Positions 21,724 through 35,220 of a DNA stretch of 64,000 nt are shown one piece after another. The notes beneath the pieces were generated by a model. The model searched no databases, was not told where the DNA came from, and was given only the letters and a program-made list of their open reading frames with translations. How positions within the stretch are numbered: the first letter of the stretch is position 1; each line of letters begins with the position of its first letter. A program made the position numbers and the translations under genes. The DNA comes from Takakia lepidozioides (taxonomy: Eukaryota > Plantae > Bryophyta), in assembly GCA_030704615.1 (NCBI GenBank), contig CM060733.1, positions 43,834,001 to 43,898,000 of the forward strand. Reading direction: 5' to 3'.

Positions 21724-24700
21724 CTGTACCCACACTCTACCCCTGCTCCTTCAGCTATCCATGCCTCTGCACAAATCATGCATTCATCCTTGCCTTGCTG
21801 CTAGCAGCTGACAATGACAGCCTAGATTTGTTCTAGGAACCACCCAACTCAGCTTATCACACTAGTTCCTATGCACATTGCATCTGCTACTCTCTGTAAT
21901 CCAACAGGCATCCACCTTTTTGCCTCGATTGTCCCACCATTGACTGGGGTCAGAAAAGTATGCTTTCCACAGCTTCTCCTCGTCTCTGTTACCTGTTTCT
22001 GGATACTTTCCTGTTGTCACATTGGCAGCATCATGCCAAAGTCACTCCAAACTATCAAAGGTTCACTCAACCAGCTAACTTGCAGAATTCAACATGAAAA
22101 TTTAGGGCCGGTTCTGATAAGAGGGAAAAACAGGGTGAAATGTGTTGAGGAAGGTGCATTAGTGCCTGGTTTTATCAATTGTGCTGCTGCTGCTGCGGCT
22201 TCCAGTTGACCATCTACCCATGCTGGTTTCTTGTAGCTATTGATCCACAGGGAATCATAGGTAATCTTGTGCTTGAAATCTGGCCCTCTTGGATGAATCT
22301 GGACCGACACTCCATCCCTGCTCCTTCAGCTATCCATGCCTCTGCACAAATCATGCATACATCCTTGCCTTGCTGCTAGCAGCTGACAATGACAGCCTAG
22401 ATTTGTTCTAGGAAACACCCAACTCAGCTTATCACACTAGTTCCTATGCTCATTGCGTCTGCTACTCTCTGTAATCCAACAGGCATCCACCTTTTTGCCT
22501 CCATCGTCCCACCATTGACTGGGGTCAGAAAAGTATTCTTCCCACAGCTTCTCCTCGTCTCTGTTACCTGTTTCTGGATACTTTCCTGTTGTCACATTGG
22601 CAGTATCATGTCAAAGTCACTCCAATTTATCAAGGTTCACTCAACCAGCTAGCTTGCAGAGTTCAACATGAAAATTTAGGGCCGGTTCAGATAAGAGGGA
22701 AAAACAGGGTGAACTGTGTTGAAGAAGGTGCCTTCATTAGCAGTGCCTGGTTTTATCAATTGTGCCGCTGCTGCTGCGGCTTCCAGTTGACCATCTACCC
22801 ATGCAGGTTTCTTGTAGTTATTGATCCACAGGGAATCATAGGTAATCTTGTGCTTGAAATCTGGCCCTCTTGGATGAATCTGGACCCACACACCATCCCC
22901 GCTCCTTCAGCTATCCATGCCTCTGCACAAATCATGCATACATCCTTGCCTTGCTGCTAGCAGCTGACAATGACAGCCTAGATTTGTTCTAGGAAACACC
23001 CAACTTAGCTTATCACACTAGTTCCTATGCTCAATTGCATCTGCTACTCTCTATAATCCAACAGGCATCCACCTTTTTGCCTCCATTGTCCCACCATTGA
23101 CTGGGGTCAGAAAAGTATTCTTTCCACAGCTTCTCCTCGTCTCTGTTACCTGTTTCTGGATACGTCCCTGTTGTCACTTTGGCAATATCATGTCAAAGTC
23201 ACTCCAAACTATCAAAGGTTCACTCAACCAGCTAACTTGCAGAATTCAACATGAAAATTTAGGGCACGTTCTGATAGAAGGGAAAAACAGGGTGAAATGT
23301 GTTGAAGTAGGTGCCTTCATTAGCAGCGCCCGATTTTACCGATTGTGCCACTGCTGCTGCGGCTTCCAGTTGACCATCTACCCATGCTGGTTTCTTGTAG
23401 CTATTGATCCACAGGGAATCATAGGTAATCTTGTGCTTGAAATCTGGCCCTCTTGGATGAATCTGGACCGACACTCCATCCCTGCTCCTTCAGCTATCCA
23501 TGCCTCAGCACAAATCATGCATACATCCTTGCCTTGCTGCTAGCAGCTGACAATGACAGCCTAGATTTGTTCTAGGAAACACCCAACTCAGCTTATCACA
23601 CTAGTTCCTATGCTCATTGCGTCTGCTACTCTCTGTAATCCAACAGGCATCCACCTTTTTGCCTCCATCGTCCCACCATTGACTGGGGTCAGAAAAGTAT
23701 TCTTCCCACAGCTTCTCCTCGTCTCTGTTACCTGTTTCTGGATACTTTCCTGTTGTCACATTGGCAGTATCATGTCAAAGTCACTCCAATTTATCAAGGT
23801 TCACTCAACCAGCTAGCTTGCAGAGTTCAACATGAAAATTTAGGGCCGGTTCTGATAAGAGGGAAAAACAGGGTGAACTGTGTTGAAGAAGGTGCCTTCA
23901 TTAGCAGTGCCTGGTTTTATCAATTGTGCCGCTGCTGCTGCGGCTTCCAGTTGACCATCTACCCATGCAGGTTTCTTGTAGTTATTGATCCACAGGGAAT
24001 CATAGGTAATCTTGTGCTTGAAATCTGGCCCTCTTGGATGAATCTGGACCCACACACCATCCCTGCTCCTTCAGCTATCCATGCCTCTGCACAAATCATG
24101 CATACATCCTTGCCTTGCTGCTAGCAGCTGACAATGACAGCCTAGATTTGTTCTAGGAAACACCCACCTTAGCTTATCACACTAGTTCCTATGCTCAATT
24201 GCATCTGCTACTCTCTATAATCCAACAGGCATCCACCTTTTTGCCTCCATTGTCCCACCATTGACTGGGGTCAGAAAAGTATTCTTTCCACAGCTTCTCC
24301 TCGTCTCTGTTACCTGTTTCTGGATACGTCCCTGTTGTCACTTTGGCAATATCATGTCAAAGTCACTCCAAACTATCAAAGGTTCTCTCAACCAGCTAAC
24401 TTGCAGAATTCAACATGAAAATTTAGGGCACGTTCTGATAGAAGGGAAAAACAGGGTGAAATGTGTTGAAGAAGGTGCCTTCATTAGCAGCGCCCGATTT
24501 TACCGATTGTGCCGCTGCTGCTGCGGCTTCCAGTTGACCATCTACCCATGCAGGTTTCTTGTAGCTATTGATCCACAGGGAATCATAGGTAATCTTGTGC
24601 TTGAAATCTGGCCCTCTTGGATGAATCTGGACCCACACTCCATCCCTGCTCCTTCAGCTATCCATGCCTCTGCACAAATCATGCATACATCCTTGCCTTG

Positions 24701-25070
24701 CTGACAGCAATTGACAATGACAGCCTAGAATTCTTCCAGCAAACACCCCAACCAGACTTATCACACTAGTTCCTATGCTGACTTGCATCTGCTTCCAACA
24801 GGCATTACCTTTTTGTCTCCATTGTCCCACCCTTGACTGCCGTCGGAGAAGTATTCATTCCAAAGCTTCTCCTCGTCTCTGTTATCTGTTTTTGGATACT
24901 TTCCTGCTGCCACATCCGTACTAACTTGTCAAATTCATTCCAAACCACCACAGATCCACTGCCACATACGGCAAATGAAAGGCTACAACTTGGATGCAGA
25001 CACCATATTCAATATGAAAATTCAGGGCCGAGTCTGATGAGGGCGCAAAACAGGCTGAACTAGGTCGAAG
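21605..25070. repeat. Tandem array of ~582-bp PDF cassettes (6 copies)
   Basis: Recurring ORFs starting at 21735, 22310, 22891, 23474, 24055 and 24638. Confidence 0.95.
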
Positions 25071-25573
25071 AAGAAGGTCCCTTACCACATTGTCCTTGAC
25101 CTTGTGTCATGACCCATGGAGGATTTGACCGACCATCAACCCAAAAGGACCTCTTGTGCGTGATGCTTGTGTCTGTAGTCAGGTAATCTCGGATTGGTCT
25201 GTGAAAACCACCACGGTGCAGATGAGCAGGCAGAGATTGAAATACGGCCGGCTAAGACCAAGCTGACTCTCCCAAGAACCTTGTAAACATCAGGAAGAAA
25301 ACAAAATCATGGTACTAGCAGGAGCCAAGCGCCCACATTTGCAGGATGGACAAACTTCTTCACATCGTACATTAAGAAAAAGCCACACCTTGCGATTGCG
25401 GTTGTCCCACCATCGTGAAGGATTTTTAAAAAACTCATGCCAGCTCTGCTCCGTGCTCCAAGGTAGAGGTTTGTGATCGAAAATCCGACAGCATCAACAT
25501 GTTGACATGGTCCTATACTGAGGGGTGCTACTGAGCTTTCAACAACATTCATGCAAGTTGTTTTGGGCTCCAT
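21916..25573 (-). CDS. Upstream PDF-motif exons of PPR-DYW gene 2
   Basis: Same structure as copy A: exon 21916-22010, intron 21724-21915, first exons 25389-25573 and 25086-25198. Confidence 0.65.
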
Positions 25574-26025
25574 TGGGCTCTACACGATTGAGGAACAACG
25601 AACTCCAAACTCTGCTCAAGAAACGTGTGCTTTTACCGAACTTTCAAGGATATTACTGTGTCAGGGGCCCTACATCGACCACCGGTTCGTCGTCGTGCCG
25701 TTCTGATGGCTCCTAGCGGTTAGCGCTTGGTTGCAGCCGCCAAATGGGCCCCACATGCAATTGCCTATTTCCCAAGGCAATAGCCATGTGGGCCCGCATG
25801 CAATAGCCACCTTTCGGACAGCCGTGTGTTGATGTGAAGGTTGTTTGTGAAGGCCTGTCACAAGGCATGAAAGGCAAAAAAAAAAAAAAAAAATAAAAAT
25901 TTATTTTGAAAGGCAAAGAAAGGCAAAAAAAACTACCTGTCAAAAGAAAGGGTCAGAAAGAAAAAAGCCTGTCACAATGAAAGGCAAAAAAAACGGGCCT
26001 GTCAAAAGAAAGGCTAGAGGTTACT

Positions 26026-27110
26026 TTTTTTTTTAAATCTATTTATTTATTTTATACCAGAACAGGGGTTGTATCCCTGATATATTTATTTTAAATTATT
26101 TAGAGGGGAAAAAAATTAAACCCCCAGTTACACTATAATACCAGCCAAGCCTCTCCGGATGGAGATAAAGTCTAAGACACAAAAATTATTCTTCTTTGTC
26201 TCTACACTAAATGCGAAAAACGTGAACAATGTTTCTACGAACCAAACAGCCCCAATGGACCTAAATCCAGGAGACAAAAAAACAGGGCACTCTGCCCAAG
26301 ACTTGAAACTTAGCATAAGTGAGACCTATCTCTTGTTGGACTTTCCAAGACATGCATGTTGAGAGTAAATAGGACATTGACCTTTCCAAAAACAGAGATG
26401 GCGATCTATCTGTAATGAAGCTTGGAAGCCGTCGTGGAAGGCTTCAGATGCTTCTAGTTAATCTCTCTCTCAAACTCGGGGGAAATAGTGGAGCGGAAAA
26501 CGGAGATCTCGCGAGGCCAATGGGGGGAGCTTGCTCCAGAAGCATTGGTCCTGCACAGGGCTGCTGCATATGAGGCCCTGTCTACCCCAGGGGTGTTGAA
26601 AGTTTCTGTGGATGGCCGCCGCGTTTCTGACATCTCGTTGAATGACTGCACAAATTTTGGCCCATGCCTTTCTAGCCTCAGTTTGCAAATCGAAAAATAC
26701 AGTGGCAAGGAGGGCAGATATCGTAGAGGTGTGTCCTAGGAAGGTATTCTTGCATCTTAGTTTTCATAGGTGCCACAATGCTGATGCTCTAAGGGTTTCA
26801 AAAACAGGGCAGTTGAGGGCTCTGGTCTTAGAGACTGGATCATAGTTTAACAGGATGTCTATGGCGGAAAGAGATCTAGGGTTCCAGCAGCGGTAGAATG
26901 CTTTGATATGGGGCCAGATCTTCGCTGGGGCCGGGCATGAAAGGAGGCAGTGTTCCAATGATTCAAGAACTGTCTTAAAACAAATGAGTCATTCCGAACG
27001 GCACTTCCACTGCTATCTGATTTTGAGCCAAAAACAGATGCAGAACTGTCTATAAAGATATTAGCCCGGCTCTGCACAATACCAACTCTGTCGCGGACCA
27101 TAGGAGGGGG
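26026..27110 (-). mobile_element. L1/Tx1-like LINE 3' end, degenerate
   Basis: EHCLLSCP...IW...ALWHL (zf-RVT-like C-terminus) followed by an A-rich tail (T-run at ~26026 on +). Confidence 0.55.
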
Positions 27111-27124
27111 AGATGAGAGGAGAC

Positions 27125-27975
27125 GAATGTGCCAGATTAAGGTGACGTTGACGCCACCTTAATGCTGAGCCTGTTTCCCTCTACGAACATGGCTGCTCCC
27201 CAAGGCTTTTATTTAGTTTTTAATGTTTTTTATTGTTTTTGGGGTGAATTGTCATGTTCCTGATTTATTTATTTTCCCCCGAATGTGCCCGATTTTCTTA
27301 ATTTTCTTAATTTCCTTAATTCCCAGCCCCTATTGGAACATGACAATTCACCTGCCACCTTAGGGGCTGGGAATTAAGGTGTCGTTGACGACACCTTAAT
27401 CTGGCACATTTGGGGGAAAAAAAGAAAAACAAATCTGATTATTTTCTTTTTTTCCTTCCGAATGTGCCAGATTAAGGTGTCGTCAACACTTTAATTCCCA
27501 ACCCCTGTTGGAACATGACAATTCACCTGCCACCTTAATCTGGTTGGTCTCCTGGGCTGGAATTAAGCTCTATCTGGGGCTGGGAATTAAGGTGTCGTTG
27601 ACGACACCTTAATTTGGCACATTCGGGGGAAAAAAAGAAAAAAAGAAACAGATTTTTATTTATTTTTTCCTTCTGAATGTGCCAGATTAAAGGTGTCGTC
27701 AACGACACCTTAATTCCCAGCTCCTGTTGGAACATGACAATTCATCTGCCACCTTAATCTGGTTGGTCTTCTGGGCTGGAATTAAGCTTTAACAGGGACT
27801 GGGAATTAAGGTGGCGTCCACCTTAATGCCGAGCCTGTTTCCCTTTACGAACATGGCTCCTGAGTCTTCGCCAAGGCTTTTATTTCATTTTTTATTTATT
27901 TTTTGGTTTTTGGGGTGAATTGTTATGTTCCTTGTGAGGGCTGCGAATGACGCCACTTTAATGCCCAACCTGTTT
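27125..27975. repeat. Nested foldback/tandem repeat with ATTAAGGTGTCG-N4-CGACACCTTAAT palindromes
   Basis: Palindromes at ~27136, 27373, 27471, 27586 and 27686; alternate units are inverted, giving ~140-bp foldbacks repeated at ~215 bp. Confidence 0.85.
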
Positions 27976-28599
27976 CAATGATAGAACATGGCTGTTCACT
28001 TAGGTTTTGTTTTGATTTTACATGTTTTAATTGGTTTTTGGGTTGGATTCCCATGTGCCGTTTGAATTAGGGTTACCGTTTTGGGTTTCTGGCTTCCTTT
28101 TTGCTTTGGAGTTTGAGGTTTATCATTGCGGGCATGGGTTTTTGGTTTATGATTTTCGATTTATGGTTTTCTATTGGGATTTGAAACTTGGGTTGCAGGA
28201 TCAGTGTTTGTAGTTACAGTTTCCTCGTGTTTCCCCGTGTATAGAATTTGTCGTCAATGTCGTGTTTGCCGTATAATCAGTTTCATTTCAATCCATGCAT
28301 CCTCCACTCTTCAGGACTCACGTTCATCCCACATTCATCCATCATTCATCCATCATCCATCCATCACATTCTTTCATTCATCCATGTCTCTTTCATCTGT
28401 CCGTTTTTTATGACATGTTCATTCTGAACAGTTTGTGTCCACGGCAATAGGCCCTGTATTACCTCAGCTGTAGGCTCTGCTTCCCTAATTTGTTCACGCT
28501 TAAGGATTATGCTCACGATTAGTGTGCAAAGCGTGAGCGTGCTCACACAGAGCACGCTCACACAGTAGCTACCCTCCACACGAAGGAATTGGAAAGAAG

Positions 28600-29400
28600 C
28601 CATGACCTAGTTGTGATGGTGAGGGGTGGTATGGGATCCATGGCTTTATCTAGGGATGTCCAGTAGCATATTCTCACTGGAGTAAGAGTCATGAGGTTTA
28701 TGCGCATTGGGTTTGGAGGTAAGTGCAAGCCTAAATGAGATAGTGTCAATGGAAAAGGTATAAGCTGACATATCAATCAAGGTGATTTCATCTAAAAGCA
28801 GAATGGTAAGCTAGTTTTGCAGAATGACTAGGTCCCAAGAGTTGGAAGATGGCTATGGAGGACCATCTGCCAAGGTAGTCAGCCACTACGCAGGGATTGC
28901 TTGAATTATTTCCTGATATCATTTGGAGCCTTGGGGCATCCCCACCAATTGAGCCACTGATTCCTGAGATCTGAGACTATCTCCCGACCAAATGTTGTGC
29001 ACCTGTCTGACTCCGAGGCAGTCCCATTGGGACCATCTCTTGGCTTGGTTTTTCTGAGATGTGGTCAGAGGTAGGTTAGTGAGAAACAGGTGTTGTCTCT
29101 TGATTTCATAGAAGTTGCTTGGCTGGGCTTTTGTGTGAAGTTTGAAAAATGGCAAAAGTATGCACCACTTATCCTTGCTCTCCGTCGTAGGAGCTGGAAT
29201 ACCGGCCCCCTGTCTGTTATTACGGCCGGCCCTCGGGGAGGTATCCACAATGCTAGCATAGCGGCACTACACAATAACTTCCACATCCCAATATCCCCTA
29301 TCCATAAATGCTTTAAAGCAATTCACCTCACAGCCCTCAGAGCTCTCACAGCTATCATTACAAATAAGCGGAAACTAGAGTCCAAACCCCCCCCCCCCCC
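28600..29400 (-). mobile_element. Degenerate LINE ORF2 fragment
   Basis: GGGGL...W...WK and WDCLGVRQVHNIW segments resemble the post-RT region of L1/Tx1 ORF2; many stops. Confidence 0.4.
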
Positions 29401-29615
29401 CTGGCTTTCTAATTAATTCCCATGGATACCCCAAATCCCAGGGGTACCCTGTGTACCCTCTAGTACCTGATCTATCCCCTGGTCCCTGGTGTCCCCTAGA
29501 CACCCGCATTACTTATAGGCCCCACCCCCGAAAGGGGGCAGTAGACGCAAGGCGAAGTGGCTCTTAGTTACACCGGCCTCAGCCGGAGTCATCTCTCTCT
29601 ATCTTTGCAATCGCC

Positions 29616-30650
29616 TTAAGACACATAATGGTCGTGAGTCCCAAAATGGATACAAGCTCGAGTCATGGTTTTGCAACGGTGAGTAACGTAATATATCCAA
29701 GCAGGGCAATGTGCGATACAGGAGGGGGGCACCTTGCAGAACTTACAAACAAATGTATTGGCAAACGGTGGGGCACAACCTGGATTGAAAGGATTCTCGG
29801 ACAAGCCTTCCCACTCACTCTCATTTTTAGCACCGCTAAGCGTGAAACAGAAGCAAGCAGCATTCTCACACCTCAGATGCCCAACACAAATGGTCCTCCG
29901 GAATTTTACGTCTGAATGGTTGTGGATATTGGACATTTTTGTTTTGCACCATGGATGCCCATCATGCTTTTTATCCATACCTTGCAAGAGACCTGCGAGT
30001 CCTCCAGCAGACGTTGGAGGGTTCAGTTCAAAGAAGATGTCCCTGTCAAAGGAAGGTGGAAGGAATTGAACCCTTCTAGTTGGGAATGAATTCCACAGTA
30101 TCGCTCCGATCTCATTTTTGCTTCCTGGAATTTCAGACACTGCTTTAAGCAATGGGATGACGCCCATAATTTCCCAAACATCAACGTCCACTTGAGGGCG
30201 ATTCTCCAAGGGAGCCGGAATTTCCGTGACTTCCTCCTTGGACAATTCCGAGAGTATAACAAAAGTTGTTGAAGTGGTCTCCACCTGCTTAACAATCACA
30301 TCCCGTTTGCCTTGAACGACAGAGGCAGGGTCCCTGGCGTGACAATGGAGCCACCGGATTGTCTTCTTTGACTTCGGAACACACGGTCTTTTCCAGGTAA
30401 AACTCTCCATTCCGTGTGTTTTGGTACAACACGCTGTTTCTGAAACAACGTTCTTTGAAGATTTCCCTCCATGTCATATATCTCTTTTTCAACAGTAACC
30501 CAGCCAATGTTGAGCTTGAACCTTGCTGCCAAAACATGCTCCCCGACCACCACAAAACCATCATCGTCAGCCATGGCACTGAAAAGGCAATGATCTTCAT
30601 TGTATGAAACTTAGCAAAGGCCTCAAGAGGAAGAACGCGAGAGAGCGAAT
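29616..30650 (-). pseudogene. 5' part (GCM-like domain) of the host MULE transposase, truncated
   Basis: GMDKKHDGHPWCKTK...FRRTICVGHLRC...CKFCK...RACIHFGTHDH, paralogous to 34152-35220. Confidence 0.8.
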
Positions 30651-31599
30651 GAGAAAGGTGCGCAATCTGCAGAACAATCTCGACCAGGTTGCGGAGGAGA
30701 CTACAACCTTGGAAACATAGTGGATGACCGAGGAGAACCAGCTGACATGGAGGGAAGAGGGGAGGGGACCAGACTGGAGCGGAGGGCGATCTGCAGGACA
30801 TGGAGATTGACCCAAATCAAGCCTGGTTTTTTTGTGAGCCAGAATTGAGTGCATCTTACTACTCAAATTATGGACCCCTTTCAGGCAATCCCTCCCTCCT
30901 ATCATGGACAAATCATGGACTCCCACCCTATAACCACTGCTTCTCTCATAACTTCCTCTCCCACATGGTTATGCCTCTTTTACGCGTCTCAAAATGAGTG
31001 CGCCGCCGCACTTAGTTTTCTACTACTCAAAACAGGGAGGACTTTCATAAGTTGTCTTTGTCTTCCTCATGTTTCATATCACACATCACAAAATCGGTCA
31101 TCCCCAGGTGCTCAGAAATTTGAGTGCATTGGCGCACTCAATTCTCAGAGCCCTGTCCTGTCTCTCTCAGCTTTATGTCACCTTCATGTTTCCATCTCTC
31201 TACAGAGATGGGCAAGCACCCCTGGAAACCAGCGTAGCTACGGCGTGAGCCCAGCCCCGTGAGCCTGGGAGCTGAGCTCACGTTCAAGCTTTGAAGCGTG
31301 AGCTGAGCTCACGCTTCAGGGAAGCGTGAGCGGCATGAATCTGCTGGAGAAGCAGGTCCTATAGGCGAGGATTGCAGGAAGAGGGCCTATTACCGTGGAC
31401 AAAACAAAGGAGGCCACCATGCACCATGTCTGCAATGCGTGCCAAAAAAGAGGAATATGTAAATATGGCAGATTTGAGCTCAGAATGATTGACACAGTTT
31501 ATTTCAATTCACAGAGAGACGCTTACAATGAATCGCAAATGCATTTGCCCTGGTTCCGTGAACGAAATGTATATGTTTGTCATAAAATGAAAAGTCTTC

Positions 31600-34500
31600 A
31601 CACGGCAACCTGGAAACCAGCATGGGAAGCGGGCATGGCTCGTATGTGTTCAAAGAGAAGTTGGCGGAGTCTACGCGAGGTGTCCCGCTGCAGAAGGGTG
31701 ATGACTTCTCCGTAGCCTAGTGTGGCTTGGTGAATGAATTGGTCTCTCTTACCGTCGCAACACATAATTACAAGGTATATGTAATATTGATGCTTGCAGG
31801 GGACCCACTTCCCTCTCATGCCGAGAGCGCCCTCACGCATCGTTACAAAATCCGGACAAGTGCACGATGGAAATTCCCAATGGTAACCTGATATTCTTTG
31901 GCATGAAGAACTGAGCCAATTGACAGCACTGTGTAAATCCATCCATACCCCGGGGAAGGGACTTCGGTGATACGAGTCACCCTAGCCTGCAAAATTCTAG
32001 CCGATTCCATCTTGCATTCGTGATCTGCACCCGAAGCAACACGGCGCACTGTTTTTCCATCTCTTTTTGTTGGGTGGGAGTCGGCACCGGGTGGAGGCAT
32101 TGTCGGAGCATGTGGCACATCTGTGCCGACAGTGCATAAGGGCACCACCCGGGACCGTGCAAGACAAAAACCCTCCCTCCTCCAGCATGCTTATCTCGGT
32201 TGAGGACAACGATGTCCCAATTTTCACAGGCCAAATTGCGGGGGGAGGGGGCTTCATTATCACGGAAGGACGAACTGTTCCCTTCACGCATCGTGCCATA
32301 TCGTCTGGGCAGAACCAAAACTTGTGCTCTTTTGACTCCCCACTATGATAAGGTCGGAACAACCCTGTGAATGTTGGAGCTGGAGTCCCCCTGGAGCCTT
32401 TGCATATTTTTGATTTGCATTTCTTGAATGAGGGGGTCCGAATTGCCATGCAAGCCACTCTAGATCCTGGTGGGGTGCGTTCTATATATGCCAGTCACTA
32501 TCAATGCAATCAGATTCCTGCACCATGGCCACCACCTCCTCCAATGGGATTTCCGCTGCTATGCTTGCATGTTCTGCACCTGCTCCACAGGAGGAGGACC
32601 CACCTGGGAAGGGGCCGGCACAGGACTTAGTCTGCACTGGAGACACCTTTGGCACAGAGAAATTGACCCTGTCTGGCCTATGGGAATCTCCATCTGACCC
32701 TGGAAGAGTGTTTAATTTCCTTTTGCATGATCCAAATCTTTCCTCGCCTTCCAAATGGGGGAGCCTGGATTGCAGAGGGGAGCCTTCAGTGCACCTGTTT
32801 AGAGCTCTGGCCATCTTTGACGGGTCTCCGACCTACTCGCAGCCCTTAGCATCAACAAAGTCGTATCGGGGCCCTTCCCTCCACCCCGTCCCATCAGAAA
32901 ATTGCGGTACCTGGTTTGTTGTGTAAGTGCCCGCACCATGTCATCAGCAGTGGCCACATACAAGTCACGACCTGCTTTGGTAGACTGTTGCATCCAGGCG
33001 TTGTGAACAGTCTCTGCCAAATTACACGATGGCATGTCGGCCAAGTCCTCCAAGGACATGTCCTGCAGGAGGCATTGCATGGAAATGTGAGGAAGGAAAA
33101 GAAATGGTAGAGGTTCTTCAAGTGACAATCGAACAACCCCAAATGAACAGGCACGATGCAAAGTGCAATTTGTGTTTAAGGAAAACTTGTGAGGCTTACC
33201 GTCGTCATGAAAGCTCCCCACTGTCTGTACCTGAAGTGCCAGAAAACCAACCAGTCCTCCAACTCCTTCAGGTGGATACCTGTAGCAGCACCAGAGGAGA
33301 ACCACCAAGCCCGGATTGCCTGGTAAGTGCTCTCAGCTTCTCCCATTGAGGTGGCATTCTTGTACTTCAGACAGAGCCTTCTATGCTCCAACTGAAGGTC
33401 AGGGCGAATGCAGCGCTTTGTATGACGTGCCAGAGATTGACTCCAATGGAAGAGGCATGTGCGCTCCCTATTTTCCATTGGGACCTTATGATCCCCCGAA
33501 CCAAACACGCGCCGCACTGCATTGAAATTTGCCTGTGCACTATCAGCCATGAAGCCCGCAAAATTTGTGTTCTGTATTCCATTGCGCTGCATGACGGCCA
33601 GGAGGGAATTCCACATGAGCATCTGGGATTCAGTGTCCTCCGACTGCATATCACAAATTGCTATAGAGAGCACACGCTGGTACGCTGGATCATACACATG
33701 GCACGCCATGGTTGTCCAACCCTTCACCCGTTTGCAGTGATCAAACATTAACCAACATTTAGCCAAATCTCCTCCAGGTTGCATTCGGCGGACAATGCTC
33801 ACACCACTGCCTTGGCCCACAGCGGACATCTTGAACAAATACACTTTGGACGAGCCCTGGCCAGGGAACATACTGTTTTGAATGAATTCATAGCGACTCC
33901 TCCGTTTGAGGTCCATAATGTTGTCCATGAATCCAGCAGTGCCTGTGCCCATTCTGAGTGCATTCACCTGGTTTCGAATATTGGGAGAGCTCAACACGGA
34001 GAAATGGTCCATGACTGCCTCAAGGAATCTGCATCCAGCATTGGCTGTGTCGCATCCCCTTCACCCAGTATGTGTTTTTCCAGGAATGCCTTGCTAGCTG
34101 CAAGCGCTATAGCAGAAGGTGTTGCACAAGGGGCATTGTGGAACTCTTGCTTCAGTAGATTTCTAGCGATGTCCACGCTATCCCTGCAACTCCTTTGGAC
34201 ACAGGATGCTCGTGTGCACCCATATGAATGCAGGCACGAGTCATTGTCTTGCATCGATGTGCCACCTGATACATACGAGCGTGGCAAACAGAAACACAGG
34301 ACGGGGAAAGTTTGCAGAACCTGCACACAAAAGTATTGGTCTTGGGAGGTGCAAGCCCTGGGGTGAAAGGATTCAGGGGCACACCTTCCCACTCACTTTT
34401 GTTTGGCTGAGCGTTGTTTCTCAGCCGAGGGCAAGAAATATTCAAGCACTTGCAATGCCCAACGCAAACCGACCTCCGAAATTTCAAGCCAATGTCGTTA

Positions 34501-35220
34501 TGGATGTTCGACGTTTTTGTCCTGCACCAAGGATGTCCGTCATGTTTCTTGTCCATGCCCTGCAGAAGCCCAGCCAGTCCACTGGAAGACGTGGGAGGGT
34601 TGAGCTCAAACAAGATGTCCCCATCAAACTGAGCTGGCACGTATTGAACCCGTTGCACTGGAAGGGACTCCCAATCAACAAAACGTAGCTCGCTCTTGCA
34701 CCCAGGCACACCTGCGAGGGCTTTCAATTTTGGAATGACACTTGTTATCTCTTGCAATTCGTCATCATCCAATAAGGGAGTTTGCACTGGCGGAGGAATC
34801 TCAGAAACATCCTCCGAGGACGAGTCCGAAAGAGTCACGAAGGTAGTGGATGTGCTCACCTCTTGTTTCACAGGAACTGTGCCCTTCTGTTGCACGACCG
34901 ATGCTGCAGTGCCAGGGGTAACGACTGATCCTGCTGATTGTCTTCTCTCTTTTCCAAGGACACGGTATGTTCCTGGAAGGACTCTCCACTTCCTTCCACA
35001 CTCGCCAACCAAGGGTTTCTCCAAGTGCCCAGAATCCAAATTCCCATCCTCGTCATACACCTCTTTCTGAACAAGCAGAGAACCCAACTCCAGCGGGAAC
35101 ACTGTAACCAGCTCATCCTCATGAACAACTGCATACCCATCGTCGTCTGCAGTGGCAGTCAGTGGAAGAGTACCTGCATTGGAATGGAATCGAGCGAGTG
35201 CATCTCGCTCCCTCGACATG
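31600..35220 (-). pseudogene. MULE-type DDE transposase with N-terminal GCM-like domain and C-terminal SWIM finger (frameshifted as assembled)
   Basis: DGHPW...CVGHCKC; WLMFDH...FMADSAQA...CLFHW...NLAETVH; SWIM CTCPDF...PCKH; intron ~33067-33199; several frameshifts. Confidence 0.85.

Larger units (their letters stand above)
16890..25835. repeat. Segmental duplication copy B containing PPR-DYW gene 2
   Basis: Colinear with 995-9765. Confidence 0.9.

Noticed and set aside
25840-26020. A-rich gcctgtca/aaggcaaaa repeats at the duplication end
   Set aside because: Low complexity; no supportable function
29500-29600. Possible self-cleaving ribozyme near a LINE end (ccccgaaagggg hairpin)
   Set aside because: Could not fit an HDV, hammerhead or twister core by eye; needs a covariance-model search
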